Notes under the pieces: model-generated
Told to the model about the DNA's origin: nothing
Databases searched by the model: none
Seen by the model: only the letters and a program-made list of their open reading frames with translations
Made by a program: the position numbers and the translations under genes
Shown: one piece after another, positions 23,900 through 37,356 of the stretch
Layout of the letters: each line of letters begins with the position of its first letter
Position numbering within the stretch: position 1 is the first letter of the stretch
Source of the DNA: Pristiophorus japonicus
Taxonomy: Eukaryota
Reading direction: 5' to 3'
Length of the DNA: 64,000 nt
Assembly: GCF_044704955.1 (NCBI RefSeq)
Contig: NC_091987.1
Coordinates: forward strand, 119,722,001-119,786,000

Positions 23900-24220
23900 C
23901 TAAATTTCTCTCAACTATTTATTTATTCTCCCTTTTAAAAGTGATTATGGATTCTGTGTCTGCTATTGTTTCTGGTAGAGCATTCCATGTCCTAACGACC
24001 CTGCGAATTAAAAACACATGTTCTCCTAACCTCTTCCTTTGTTTTTTTTTATGGTTATTTTTAATTTACGCCCTCTACTTGCCATTTCACTGGCCGATGG
24101 AAATAGATTTCCTCCTCAAACGTTTCATAACTTCTTTTCATCTCTGTTCTGGTAAAAGAGCTTAGTTTCTCTGGTCTCTCTTCCTAACTAAAGCCTCTTA
24201 TCCCTGGTACTTGCATAAGT
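23900..24220 (-). mobile_element. Old CR1 3' fragment
   Basis: ttctggtagagcattccatgtcctaacgaccctg resembles the reverse-strand CR1 3' region (e.g. 16130-16400). Confidence 0.55.
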
Positions 24221-26881
24221 TAAACATTTGTTTTTGTACTCTATACCCCTGCTTACAATACCTAGGATCCCATTTACAGCTTTGTCATCTTGATTTCCCC
24301 ACTTTTAAAGATTTTATGTACTGCTGTTTTAATTTGGTTTCTTAATGGGCCAAAAATTTGTGGTCGGAGGCTTCTTGCGGGCGGATGCCTCCGACCAAAA
24401 ATGTTTAAACAAAATTACCTGGTGGTCCAGGAGGAACAAACACTTCTGCTCCGAGGCCTAGATGCACAGCCCAGCGCAGAGGTCCACACATCCCAGGAAC
24501 ATAAGCTCAACCTGGGGCCACGTGGACCTGGACCACCATTCGCAATGTAATATTGATAATAATGGTGAGTTCCGTTTGAACGAGCTCCCATTACTATCAA
24601 TGAGAATGCCCCCAAAAACACACTCTCAACATAATAAATGTAAAAAAAAAATCTCATGTTTAAAATTAATTGAAATTAAATTAAATGTTTCAGGAAAAAA
24701 AAAATTTTGAAAATGTTTTAATAGGGTGAGAAATTTTAAAGATGATTACAAAGGTATGACAACAGAGTTGGCTAAAATGGACTGGGAAAATAGATAAAAT
24801 AGATTAAAGTGTAAGACGGTTGATAAGCAGTAGCAGACAATTAATGAGATATTTCATAACTCAACAAAAATATATTCCAGTAAGAATGAAAGACTAAGCA
24901 GGGAGATCCATCCGTGACTAACTAAGGATGTGAAAGATGGTATCAAATTGAAAACAATGGCATACAAAGTGGCCAAGATTAGTGGGAGGCCAGAGGATTG
25001 GGAAATATTTTCTAAAACCCAGCAAAGGATGACTAAAAAAATAATAGAGGGCAGATAGATTATGAGAGTAAACTAGCAAGAAACATAAAAGCAGTTAGTA
25101 AGAGCTTCTACAGGTATATAAAAAGAGAGTAGCTAAAATAAACATTGGTTCCTTAGAAGAAGAGACTGGGGAATTAATGGGGAACAAGGGAATGGCAGAG
25201 ACTTGAAACAGATATTTTATATTGGTCTTCATGGTAGAAGACACTAAAAACATCCCAATACTGGATAATCAAGGGGCTTATAGGGAGGGAGGAACTTAAT
25301 ACAATCACTATCACTAAAGAAAAAGGACTCAGTACAATAATGGGACTAAAGGTGGACAAGTCCCTTGGACCTGATGGCTTGCATCCAAGGGTCTTAAAGA
25401 AATGGCTGCCGAGATAGTGGATGCATTGGTTGTAATCTACCAAAATTCCCTGGATTCTGGAGAGGTCCCAGCGGATTGGAAAACCGCAAATGTAACGCCC
25501 CTATTCAAAAAAGGAGGCAGACAGAAAATAGGAAACTATAGACCAGTTAGTCCAACATCTGTCATTGGGAAAATGCTGGAGTCCATTATTAAGAAAGCAG
25601 TAGCAGGACATTTGGAAAAACATAATACAGTCAGGCAGAGTCATCATGAAAGGGAAGTCATGTTCGACAAATTTGCTGGAATTCTTTGAGGATGTAACGA
25701 GCAGGGTAGAAAATGGGGAACCAGTGGATGTGGTGAATTTGGATTTCCAGAGGCATTTGATACGGTGCCACATAAAAGGTTGCTGCACAAGATAAAAGCT
25801 CATGGGCTTGGGGGTAATATACTAGCATGGATAGAGGATTGGCTAACTAACAGAAAAGAGAGAGTCAGGATAAATGAGTCATTTTCCAATTGCCAAACGG
25901 TAACTAGTGGGGTGCCACAGGGATCGGTGCTGAGGCCTCAATTATTTACAATCTGTATTAATGACTTGGATGAAGGGACCGAGTGTAATGCAGCCAAGTT
26001 TGCTGATGATACAAAGATGGATGGGAAAGCAAGTTATGAGGATGACACACAAAATCTGCAAAGGGATATAGACAGGCTAAGTGAGTAGGCAAACATTTGG
26101 CAGATGGAGTAAAATGTGGGAAAGCATGAGGTTATCCATTTTGGCAGGAAAAATAAAAAAGCAAGTTATTATTTAAATGGAGAGAAATTAAAAAATGCTG
26201 TAGTACAGAGGGACCTGGTGGGTCCTTGTGCATAACGCACAAAAAGTTAGCATGCAGGTACAGCAAGTAATCAAGAAGGCAAATAGAATGTTGGCCTTTA
26301 TTGTAAAGGGGATGGAGTATAAAAGCAGGGAAGTCCTGATACAACAGTACAGGGTATTGGTAAGGTCACACCTAAAGTACTATGTACAATTTTGGTCTCC
26401 TTATTTAAGGAGGGATATGCTTGCATTGGAGGCAGTTCAGAGAAGGTTCACTAGATTGAATCCTGAGATGAAGGGGTTGACTTATGAAGAAAGGTTGAGC
26501 AGGTTGGCATTTAGAAGAATAAGAGGTGATCTTATTGAGACATATAAGATTCTGAGGGGGCTCGACAGGTAGATGCAGAGATGTTGTTTCCCCTCGTGCA
26601 GGAATCTAGAACTAGGGGACATAGTTTCAGAATAAGGGGTCGCCCATTTAGAAATGAGATGAGGAGGAATTTCTTCTCTCGGGGTCGGAAATATGTGGAA
26701 TTCTCTACCCCAGAGAGCTGTGGAGGCTGGGTCATTGAATATATTTAAGGTGGAGATAGGAAGATTTTTGAGTGATACGGGAGTGAAGGGTTATAGGGAG
26801 CGGGCAGGGAAGCGGAGCTGAGCCCAGGATCAGACCAGCCATGATCTTATTAAATGGCGGAGTAGGCTCGAGGGGCCAGAG

Positions 26882-29167
26882 AGAAACATAGAAAACAGGA
26901 GCAGTAGTAGGCCATTCGGCCCTTCGAGTCTGCACCTCCATTCAATATGATCATGGCTGATCCTCTATCTCAACGCCATATTCCCGCTTTTTTTCCCCAT
27001 ACCCCTTGATGCCTTTTATTTCTAGAAATCTATCTATCTCCCTCTTAAATATATTCAGTGACTTGGCCTCCCACAGCCTTCTGTGGTAGAGAATTCCACA
27101 GGTTCACCATCCTCTGAGTGAAAACATTTTTCCTCATCTCGGTCCTAAATTTCCTACCCCGTATCCTGAGACTGTGACCCCTCGTTCTAGACGTCCAGCC
27201 AAGGGAAACATCCTCCCCGCATCCAGTCTGTCCAACCCAGTCAGAATTTTATACATTTCAATGAGATCCACTCTCATTCTTCTAAACTCTAGTGAATACA
27301 GGCCTAGTCAACCCAATCTCTCCTCATACGACAATCCTACCATCCCAGGAATCAGTCTGGTGAACCTTTGCTGCACTCCCTCTATGGCAAGTATATCCTT
27401 TTTTAGGTAAGGAGACCAAAATTGCATGCAATACTCCAGGTGTGGTCTCATCAAGGCCCTGTACAACTGTAATAAGACATCCTTGCTCCTGTACTCAAAT
27501 CCTCTTGCAATGAAGGCCAATATACCATTTGCCTTCCTAACTGCTTGCTGCACCTGCATGTTTGCTTTCAATGACTAGTGTACAAGGGCATCCAGGTCCC
27601 TGTGTACATCGACACTTCCCAAGCCATCACCATTTAAATAATACTTTGTCCTTATGTTTTTCCTACCAAAGTGGATAACTTCACATTTATCCACATCATA
27701 CCATGCATCTGCCATGTGTTTGCCCACTCACTCAACCTATCTAAATCACCTTGCAGCGTCTTTGCATCCTCCTCACAACTCACAATCCCACCTAGTTTTG
27801 TGTCGTCTGCAAACTTGGAAATATTACATTTGGCTCCCTCATCCAAATCATATATATATATATATATATATATATTGTGAATAGCTGGGGCCCAAGCACT
27901 GATCCCTGTGGTACCCCACTAGTCACTGCCTGCCACTCCGAAAAAGACCCATTTATTTCTACTCTCTGTTTCCTGTCAGTTAACCAATTTTCAATCCTTG
28001 GTAATACATTACCCCCAATCCTATGTGTTTTAATTTTGCACACTAACCTCCTATGTGGGACTTTATCAAAGACCTTTTGAAAATCCAAATACACTACATC
28101 CACTGGTTCTCCCTTATCTATTTTATCAGTTACATCTTCAAAAAACTCCAGTAGGTTTGTCAAACATGATTTTCCTTTCATAAATCCACGTTTGACTTTG
28201 TTTAATCCCATTGATAATATCTAAGTGTGTCATTATCACATCCTTTATAATAGACTCCAGCATTTTCCCTACTACTGATGTCAGGCTAATTGGTCTATAG
28301 TTCCCCGTTTTCTTTCACCCTCCTTTTTTAAATAGTGGGGTGACATTTGCCACCCTCCAATCTGCAGGAACTGATCCATAATCTATAGAATTTTGGAAGA
28401 TGAGAACCAATGCATCTACTATTTCCATGACTACCTCTTTTAGTACTCTGGAATGCAGATCATCAGGCCCTGGGGATTTATCTGCCTTCAGTCCCATTAA
28501 TTTCTCCAGCACTATTTTCTTACTAATTATCATTTCCTTTAATTCCTCTTGCTCAATAGACTCTTGGTTCCCTAGCATTTCTGGGACATTATTTGTGTCC
28601 GTGAAGACAGAACCGAAGTATTTATTTAATTGTTCTGCCATTTCCTTGTTCCCCATTACAAATTCTGTTTCTGTCTGTAAAGGACCTACATTTGTCTTCA
28701 CTAATCTTTTTCTTTTTACGTACTTGTAGAAACTTTTGCAGTCGATTTTTATGTTCCTTGCAAGTTTACTCTCATACACTGTTTTTCCCCTCTTAATCAA
28801 TCTCTTGGTCCTTTTTTACTGAATTCTAAACTGCCCACAATCCTCAGGCTTGCTACTTTTTCTGGCAACTTTGTATAATTTCTTTTGTTAGCCATGGTTG
28901 GGCCACTTTTCCTTTTATGTTTTTACATCAGAAAGGAATGTATAACTGTTGCAATTCGTGCATTCGTTCCTTAAATATTAGCCATTGCCTATCCACCGTC
29001 ATGCCTTTTAATGAATTTTCCCAACCTCTCATAGCCAATTCATTCCTCATACCTTCGTAGTTTCCTTTGTTTAGATTTAGGACCCTAGTTTCGGATTGGA
29101 CTACTTCACTTTCCATCTTAATAAGAAATTCAATCATGTTATGGTCACTCTTCCCTAAAGGACCCCG
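26882..29167 (-). mobile_element. 5'-truncated CR1 (TTTCTATG-type tail) nested in the 3' tail of the previous CR1
   Basis: ORFs 27308-27571, 27652-27846, 27792-28211, 28315-28800 and 28928-29137 are ORF2 pieces. Tail gaaacatagaaaa at 26883. Confidence 0.95.
27850..27875. repeat. (AT)13 microsatellite inside CR1 RT
   Basis: Visible directly; gives FTIYIYIYIY in the ORF track. Confidence 0.95.
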
Positions 29168-29463
29168 CCTACTCCTGCTCCTATTTCTTATGTTATTAAT
29201 AGGTTAAAAATAAACTTACCTTAATGGATAGGGTTTTGAAATATAAAAATTAGTGATAAATTACATTTTTCTATTTTTTTAAAACTCTTAAGTTATCAGT
29301 CGTAAGAGTTTTAAGGACATTCGCTGGGCAAGAGTTGGACAAATAGCCCAAATCTCTGCCCATGGTAGCTCTTTACTTTTGTATGCGTTAGATCTATCAA
29401 AAGGCCTCAAGTCTTGTTCTAGTCTATTTAGTGTCTTAATTTGCTCCAAATGCTTATTTCTAG

Positions 29464-29652
<189 letters not shown>

Positions 29653-30535
29653 TGATGGAGTGGAGGTAAAAGTGCTGTACAACCCAGTTATTTGTGATTT
29701 AATGCAACTACAGCTGTTTATTGTGGGAGTAGCTGTACGATGCTGTGTTGATATTTTTCAAGTTAAAGGTGTTAAACTAGAGATATATACTATGATGGAT
29801 TTTGATGGCTCGATTGTGTCTAAATTTAGTTGAATTTTTTGAGGCGGTCACTAGCATGGTGGATAGGGGAGTGTCTCTGGGTGTTGGCTAAATGCCGGTT
29901 TTGCCAGTGACCCCCATATTCCAAGAATAAATAATGAAAAAAATCGCTTTTTCCTGTGTTTTTAGGAATAACCATTGTCTCCGGACACCTGTCCCATGCC
30001 CTCATGTGGAACTCCCTGCCTCACTTAATCTTCCCTTTCTCCTACCGTTTATTGGCTTTCGTCCTATTCTTTCAACCTTGATGTTCTACGCTATGGATCA
30101 TGGTCCCTCACATAGGCTCTCGGTAAATAATTTTTTAAAACGCTGTTTTAGAACCACGTTGCACTTTTTTTAAACTGCAGTTGAAAATGGCCATGACACT
30201 CAACAATAGGCACCTCCCCTCCAATAAAACCCAAGGAAAATAGAATATTCATATACATAAAGACGTGTGAATACTTGGTGCTGAGTACTGAATGAGAAAT
30301 GTTCCAGTCCCCTTATTGAACACAATTCACCCAAAAGTAAGAGCCAGTAAAAAGATTGGAATTCCATTACAACTTCAAACACTGCTTATGTCAATTTTCC
30401 TATATTTCAGTGGCACTCTATACCGGGAGAGGCTTACGGCCTACCCCATTTTTTCCCTTTCTTGCCCACCTTTGGCCCGCTGCACCATATTATCTCTGGG
30501 CCTTAAATCTGACCTTATAAGGAGAGTGAGATATT

Positions 30536-31248
30536 GAGACAGAATTTGCTATCAAAATAACGGTGAGGCTAATAGCAAATGCTGTTATTTATGCGTAAAT
30601 AGCACAGCAACTTCAGGCGAGGGCAGATGTGCGGTTAAACGCAAATATCTAAAAGTTGCTTTCCGAGTTGCGCTGCTTTGTCATTAGCTTCATGAAAGCG
30701 GCATCTTGCCATCTGCCTCGCCATTGAAGTGCATTGAACAGCGTGAAATTGCTGTATTTGAGCAGTAGATACGAACTAAACTCGCCACAAGAAGTTTAGT
30801 CTTAACATTTCAAAAGTAAGTATCCTTTTAATGATATAAATATTAATTACTGCCAATCAACCTCTCTGGCACTGAAAATTAAAAAGTGTTGAGTCTCATT
30901 CCTTCAGGTTTTAGTAATTGGAGGTTTTAAAAAATGTAACATTTTTACTTTTCTGTCTCTCTTTCTCTCATATTTTCTAATATGTCAATCTTTCTTTCCC
31001 CTTATTTATTTCTCTTTCTGAACCTGATTTGACATTGCATGCATCCACTCTAATTCATACTTCCTGCTTAGTCCTTGCACTGGTTATTTCACCATCCTTC
31101 AATCTGATTGGTTAAGGAGATGCACAGTTGCTTGTCCCGTTCACTCGGATCCCTGTCTCTCTCTCTGCACCGTTATCAGCTCACAGTTTCAGCAACTTGC
31201 CACACAAAATTTTAAAACCCGTTTAACGGCAAGTGCAAAATCTGAGCC
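30536..31248. mobile_element. Probable older MITE-like element of the same broad class
   Basis: Imperfect TIRs GAGACAGAATTTGC ... GCAAAATCTGAGCC, CpG-containing ends and an AT/pyrimidine-rich centre. Confidence 0.5.
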
Positions 31249-31452
31249 ATTGTATTGGTGACAAACGCTTCATAATAAGAACTTGATAATGATTAGTGAT
31301 GAAGCTAAAATCCATAGTTAGGAATCTTCTGTGCTGTGATTATAGCTAAGAGGACAAATGCCCATATTCAGTTTTTACTTTTGCTAACTCTTTTCTTTAT
31401 GCTTGGTTGGAATTCAGTTGGAGTAATGAACTGACCACGAATGTGTTTCTAA

Positions 31453-31695
<243 letters not shown>

Positions 31696-32211
31696 TAATA
31701 GAGAATTGCAGATACTAAAATAACTAAAGAAGTTTTCCTGCAAAACAGTTTTGATTGTCACACATTTATTTTTTAAAACAATACATACTTTCATAGGAGT
31801 TGAGTTTTTACATTTGTACAGGGCTTTTCTTTACTTGCTAATGGTAGCAAACAACCCAGATTGGCCATTCTCTAACTCTCACTATATTGTAATAGATGTA
31901 TGGAAAGCTGATATCCAACATAATTGCTCATCATCTTTTACCCAGCATCTAGACACAACCATTTGTAGCTATCCTGGAATCTTGGGTTTTACAAGTACAT
32001 TGATAACTTTGTAATCTTGGCCATTGGCAAATTGGCCACATGATTTAATATGAGTAACACTAGAGTGGTGAGCTGTTAGACCTGGCTGGGTGGCTGCAAT
32101 TTAACTGTGGTTAAGTGTAATTGGTAACAGAGGTTTATCTTGTAAGCTATGTGTGTGTGTCTCTTCTGAAGAAGTGGCTGTTGCAGGGAGTAGTTGAATC
32201 TCTGCACTAGT

Positions 32212-34435
32212 CATCATCATCATCCCTCAAACGAGGATGACTTGCTTCCACAAGAGTTCACAGATGTTTCAATGAAGGACCCGATGTTCCTGCCCTGAAC
32301 TCCAATTGAGGGGATGGAATATGTCTGCGTGAATTTTTTTTAATGTGTGGTGACCTTTGCACATCAGCAACCACACGGGCTTGACAGAGCTAGGCCTTTA
32401 TCCAGCGGCAAGGGGTTAACCAGGACAACTGGAGACCTACTCTGCTGCACGGACCTAGTGCACACACATATCGCAGTGTGGGTTGGCCCATGCTGCCCCT
32501 GGGCCCTCGGCTCTTCTGTGCCCTATACTCTCATTTACCGCTCCTCCGCCACGATCTCTCGCGCTTCTCCGCTGTACCTGGGCTGTGCCGATGTTCCTGC
32601 CCACACTCCAAATGGCGGCCTGGGTTTTGATGACATCGTCCATCTCGAAATCGTCGCATACTTGGAGCAGCTCGTACTGGAAGTTGTAGTGGTATGCTGT
32701 TCCAGCTCTTTTATAGCCTGGCCTGCGGAGGTGTTAAAAGAACATAAGAAATAGGAGCAGAAGAAGGCCATACGGCCTCTTGAGCCTGCTCGGCCATTTA
32801 ATATGATCATGGCTGATCCGATCATGAACTCGGGTCCACTTCTCTGCCCGCTCTCCATAACCCCTTATTCACTTATCGTTTAAGAAACTGTCTATTTCTG
32901 TCTTAAATTTATTAACTGTCCCAGCTTCCACAGCTCTCTGAGGCAGCGAATTCCACAGATCCACAACCCTCTGAGAGAAGAAATTTCTCCTCATCTCAGT
33001 TTTAAATGGGCAGTCCCTTATTCTAAGATTATGCCCTCTAGTTCTAGGCTCCCCTATCAGCGGAAACATCCTCTCTGCATCAACCATGTCAAGCCCCCTC
33101 ATAATCTTATAAGATTTCCATAAGATCACCTCTCATTCTTCTGAATTCCAACGAGTAGAGGTCCAACCTACTCAACCTTTCCTCATAAGTCAACCCCCTC
33201 ATCTCTGGAATCAACCTTGTGAACCTTCTCCAACTGCCTCCAAAGCAAGTATTTCCTTTCGTAAATATGGAAACCAAAACTGCACGCAGTATTCCAGGTG
33301 TGGCCTCACCAATACCCTGTACAACTGTAGCAAGACTTCCCTGCTTTTATACTCCATCCCTTTTGCAATAAAGGCCAAGATTCCATTGGCCTTCCTGATC
33401 ACTTGCTGTACCTGCATACTAACCTTTTGTGTTTCATGCACAAGTACCCGCAGGTCCCGCTGTGCTGCAGCACTTTGCAATCTTTCTCCATTCAAATAAT
33501 AACTTGCTCTTTGATTTTTTTCTGCCAAACTACATGACCTCACACTTTCCAACATTATACTCCATCTGCCAAATTTTTGCCCTCTCGCTTAGCCTGTCTA
33601 TGTCCTTTTGCAGATTTTGTGTGTCCTCACACAGCTTTTCCTCCCATCTTTGTATCGTCGGCAAACTTGGCTATGTTACACTCAGTCCTCTCCTCCAAGT
33701 CGTTAATATAGATTGCAAATAGTTGGGGTCCCAGCACTGATCCCTGCGGCACCCCACTGATTACTGATTGCCAACCTGAGAATAAACCATTTATCCCTAC
33801 TCTCTGTTTTCTGTTCGTTAGCCAATCCTCTATCCATGCTAATATATTGCCCCTAACCCCGTGATCTTTTATCTTATGCAGTAACCTTTTATGTGGCACC
33901 TTGTCAAATGCCTTCTGGAAGTCCAAATACACTACGCCCACTGGTTCCCCTTTATCCGCCCTGTTCGTTACATCCTCGAAGAATTCTAGCAAATTTGTCG
34001 AACATGAATTCCCCTTCATAAATCCATGCTAACTCTGCCTGACCGAATTTTGCTTTTCCAAATATCCTGCTACTGCTTCTTTAATAATGGACTTCAACAT
34101 CTTCCCAACCACAGCTGTTAGGCTAACTGGTCTATAGTTTCCTGCTTTTTGTCTGCCTCCTTTTTTAAATAGGGGCGTTACATTTGCAGTTTTCCAATCT
34201 GCTGGGATCTCTCCAGAATCCAGGGAATTTTGGTAAATTACAACCAATGCATCCACTATCCCTGCCGCTACTTCTCAAGACCCTAGGATGCAAACCATCA
34301 GGTCCAGGGGATATATCCGCCTTTAATCCCATTATCTCGCAGGCCGGGGGCCACGATGTTCCAGGGCTCGTCGTTCCAGCTCTTTTATAGCCCGGCCTGC
34401 AGAGGTGTTCTCACGCAGGTCGGGTGTCCTCGACG
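32212..34435 (-). mobile_element. Non-autonomous non-LTR retroposon (~625 bp, (GAT)n tail, possibly RTE-mobilised), split by a CR1 at 32736-34335
   Basis: (CAT)4 at 32212. Perfect 9-bp TSD TGCACTAGT at 32203-32211 and 34436-34444. Two tandem monomers at the 5' end. No recognisable ORF. Confidence 0.8.
32736..34335 (-). mobile_element. 5'-truncated CR1 (RT) nested in the retroposon above
   Basis: ORF2 pieces at 32869-33129, 33211-33555, 33627-34019 and 34029-34256; tail aagaacataagaa. Confidence 0.95.
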
Positions 34436-34832
34436 TGCACTAGTAAATGCGATGTGTATCACGTAAAGTAAAACTATTGAATTTACTTTAATATGGTGAT
34501 TAAAATTGCAGATGTGTGCATGAGGCGTTTTCAATATCTAAGCGCAACAGCTAGAGAACTTGCTGCGGCTCCCAGTGTCAGGTACATTATGAGTAACGGG
34601 CAGAAAATCCATTTTAATTGGGTTATTTGCTTTGTCTCTTAGCACTTTGGTCTCCACTGTTGTCAGCTTCTGATGAATTGAAATAGCACTCTCCCAATGA
34701 CCATGGGGAATTTTTAAATGGATCAATGCTGGTGATTACTTTTGTTACAGAAGCTGCTACTTTCTAACTGTCATTGGTGGGTTTGTGAAGCCTTGTTAGT
34801 TTATGTTGCCGCCTTTCCCACTTCCCCCATAG

Positions 34833-35231
<399 letters not shown>

Positions 35232-35390
35232 TAGATTACACGGTTCTTAAAGAAATATGCAATCTTCTTCCTTTTTGTCCAGAAACATTGCCATTGTTGG
35301 AACTGAAAGGAGTTCTGCAATCCTAACTACGAAGGTGATGTCACATTTTCAGAAATGACCTATTTCTTTTTTTTTGTCCTATTTTGCTAG

Positions 35391-35465
35391 CTACTAAAAG
35401 AAGCTACTGAATTGAGGCACAAATGTGAACTCATGAAGCAGCAAGAGGCACAGCTGAAACAACAG
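35391..35465 (+). CDS. txlng: Gamma-taxilin exon: LLKEATELRHKCELMKQQEAQLKQQ
   Basis: ttttgctag| ... |gtatgt; 75 nt; missed by the ORF track. Confidence 0.97.
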
Positions 35466-35966
35466 GTATGTATGTTCCAGCAAACTGTCGTGACAATCTT
35501 GGCTGTTGGCGTCCCCAGCTCTTTGTACCAGCTAATGGTTTGTTGCGCTCGCACTGGGCATGTGCTGTAAGGTAGTTTCTGCCATTCAGTGGTCCCACTC
35601 ACTGCCTTTTATCTGAGACCTGGTGCTACAATCAAGTGATTGCATTGGATGTGTGTGGCTGGATTTGATGGCACTGCTCATGTTCATACCCATGTCCGCT
35701 CCAATGAATACTGACACGTCCCCACCCCCTCCACCTCCACCTCCACCTGTAACACTCTTCATTCAGAAGGAAGATGTAGCGTCAAAAGAAACCTACACAC
35801 ACAAGCAAATGTGATGGGAGCAGAACAATGACGAGGTGAGTTGAGAAAAAAAGAACAAGTGAAATATTACAGAGAAGAATTAGAAGAAAACACACTGCAT
35901 GACACCTGCTCAGCTTTCTTTGAAGTGAGCAACGACCCATCAGATTAGCATGACTCTTGATCCTGA

Positions 35967-36176
<210 letters not shown>

Positions 36177-36794
36177 TAACTCCGTAATAACATTTTCAAC
36201 ACATTACCAATTGTTAAAATAGTATGGAATTGGTGGGGGGTTTTCTGCCTGCTTTTCCGGTGCTTTTAGTTGCTGGTTTGTCTTTTTTGAATTGTCTGCC
36301 TGAAGGTTTGGAGAGAGATTTTCTTTCATTGATGGATAAATCCTAAATTTTATATCAAAATTATTAGTATCAGCAACTTAAGATATATGGAACTTAACAG
36401 CATCATGAATTTGAACTTTACATATCAATCCCCAACCTCCATGCTAAGGGGTTGCATGGCTTATAAAGAGAAACATCTTGGACCCCTATGTGTGATCAGG
36501 AACATTCAGATGGCTGGCATGCCACAAGTTGCCCCTCCTTTTTGTCACACTAAAGGTCAATGTCCATCCTCCTGATTGAGGCAATGAAGGCCAGATATAA
36601 AACCCATGCTCATCTATCCAGTGCCTACCAGATTTGGGTTGTACAAGCAAATGGTACTGAAGCCACCAACCCCCCCCCCCCATTCCACCCCAACTGGGGC
36701 CACCATTGTTTGTTGCTGTATGGTGTGTCTCCATGCTGCCACCAAGAGAATGGATGGCAGTGCACTCGGTGTATATGGTGAGTGCAATTCTTTT

Positions 36795-37150
36795 CTTCTT
36801 CATTCTCTGGGTGTGAGTGATGCTGGCAAGGCTGGCATTGAGAAGGTGGTGGTGGTTCAGTTTGAACCTGAGATACAATGCAGTCAGTGGCTTGCTAGGC
36901 TACTTCAGGGGGCTGTTAAGAGTTAACCACATTGGTGTGGGACTGGAGTCACATATAGGCCAGACTGGGTAAGGACGGCAGGTTTCCTTCCCTAAAGGAC
37001 ATTACTTAACCAGTTGGATTTTTACGGCAATCCTTTTAAACTAAATTCAATTTCGCAAATTGCCATGGTGGAATTTGAACTTATGTTCTCTGGATTATTA
37101 GTCCGGGCTCTGGATTACCAGTCCAGCAACTTAGCCACTACACTACCATA
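36795..37150 (-). mobile_element. tRNA-derived SINE (different family from the DeuSINE)
   Basis: Minus head GGTAGTGTAGTGGCTAAG...CTGGACTGGTAATCCAG...AGTTCAAATTCC (A/B-box-like). Tail CCTTGCCAGCATCACTCACACCCAG resembles the short tail fragment at 29885-29935. Confidence 0.7.
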
Positions 37151-37356
37151 CCCGGTACAGCTCTCATTTGTCAGTTGCCTAATGAAGGGGGCTAAGTAGG
37201 ATCCCTTTGGGGTTGAGGTAGTTCCAAAATTGCAAGTCTGACAATCAGAAGTTTGCAACCATATCAGCCCTCCGTGGCAGACTTGGTAATCCAATCCTTG
37301 AGCCAAGCTGATCTGCAATGCTCCAGGTCACTGTTGATGATTGATGATGCTTAATA

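Larger units (their letters stand above)
24726..29195 (+). mobile_element. 5'-truncated CR1 (24726-26880 plus final tail 29168-29195) with 8-bp TSD TTAATAGG
   Basis: RT fragments (WKTANVTPLFKKG, GVPQGSVLRPQLF, KFADDTK). TTAATAGG at 24718-24725 and 29196-29203. Confidence 0.93.
24347..29405. mobile_element. Multi-hairpin MITE-like element split into 24347-24725 and 29196-29405 by nested CR1s
   Basis: Left end GGGCCAAAAATTTG followed by the same subterminal hairpin as the 21859 copy. The right piece matches the reverse complement of 16985-17150. Right TIR not seen. Confidence 0.7.
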
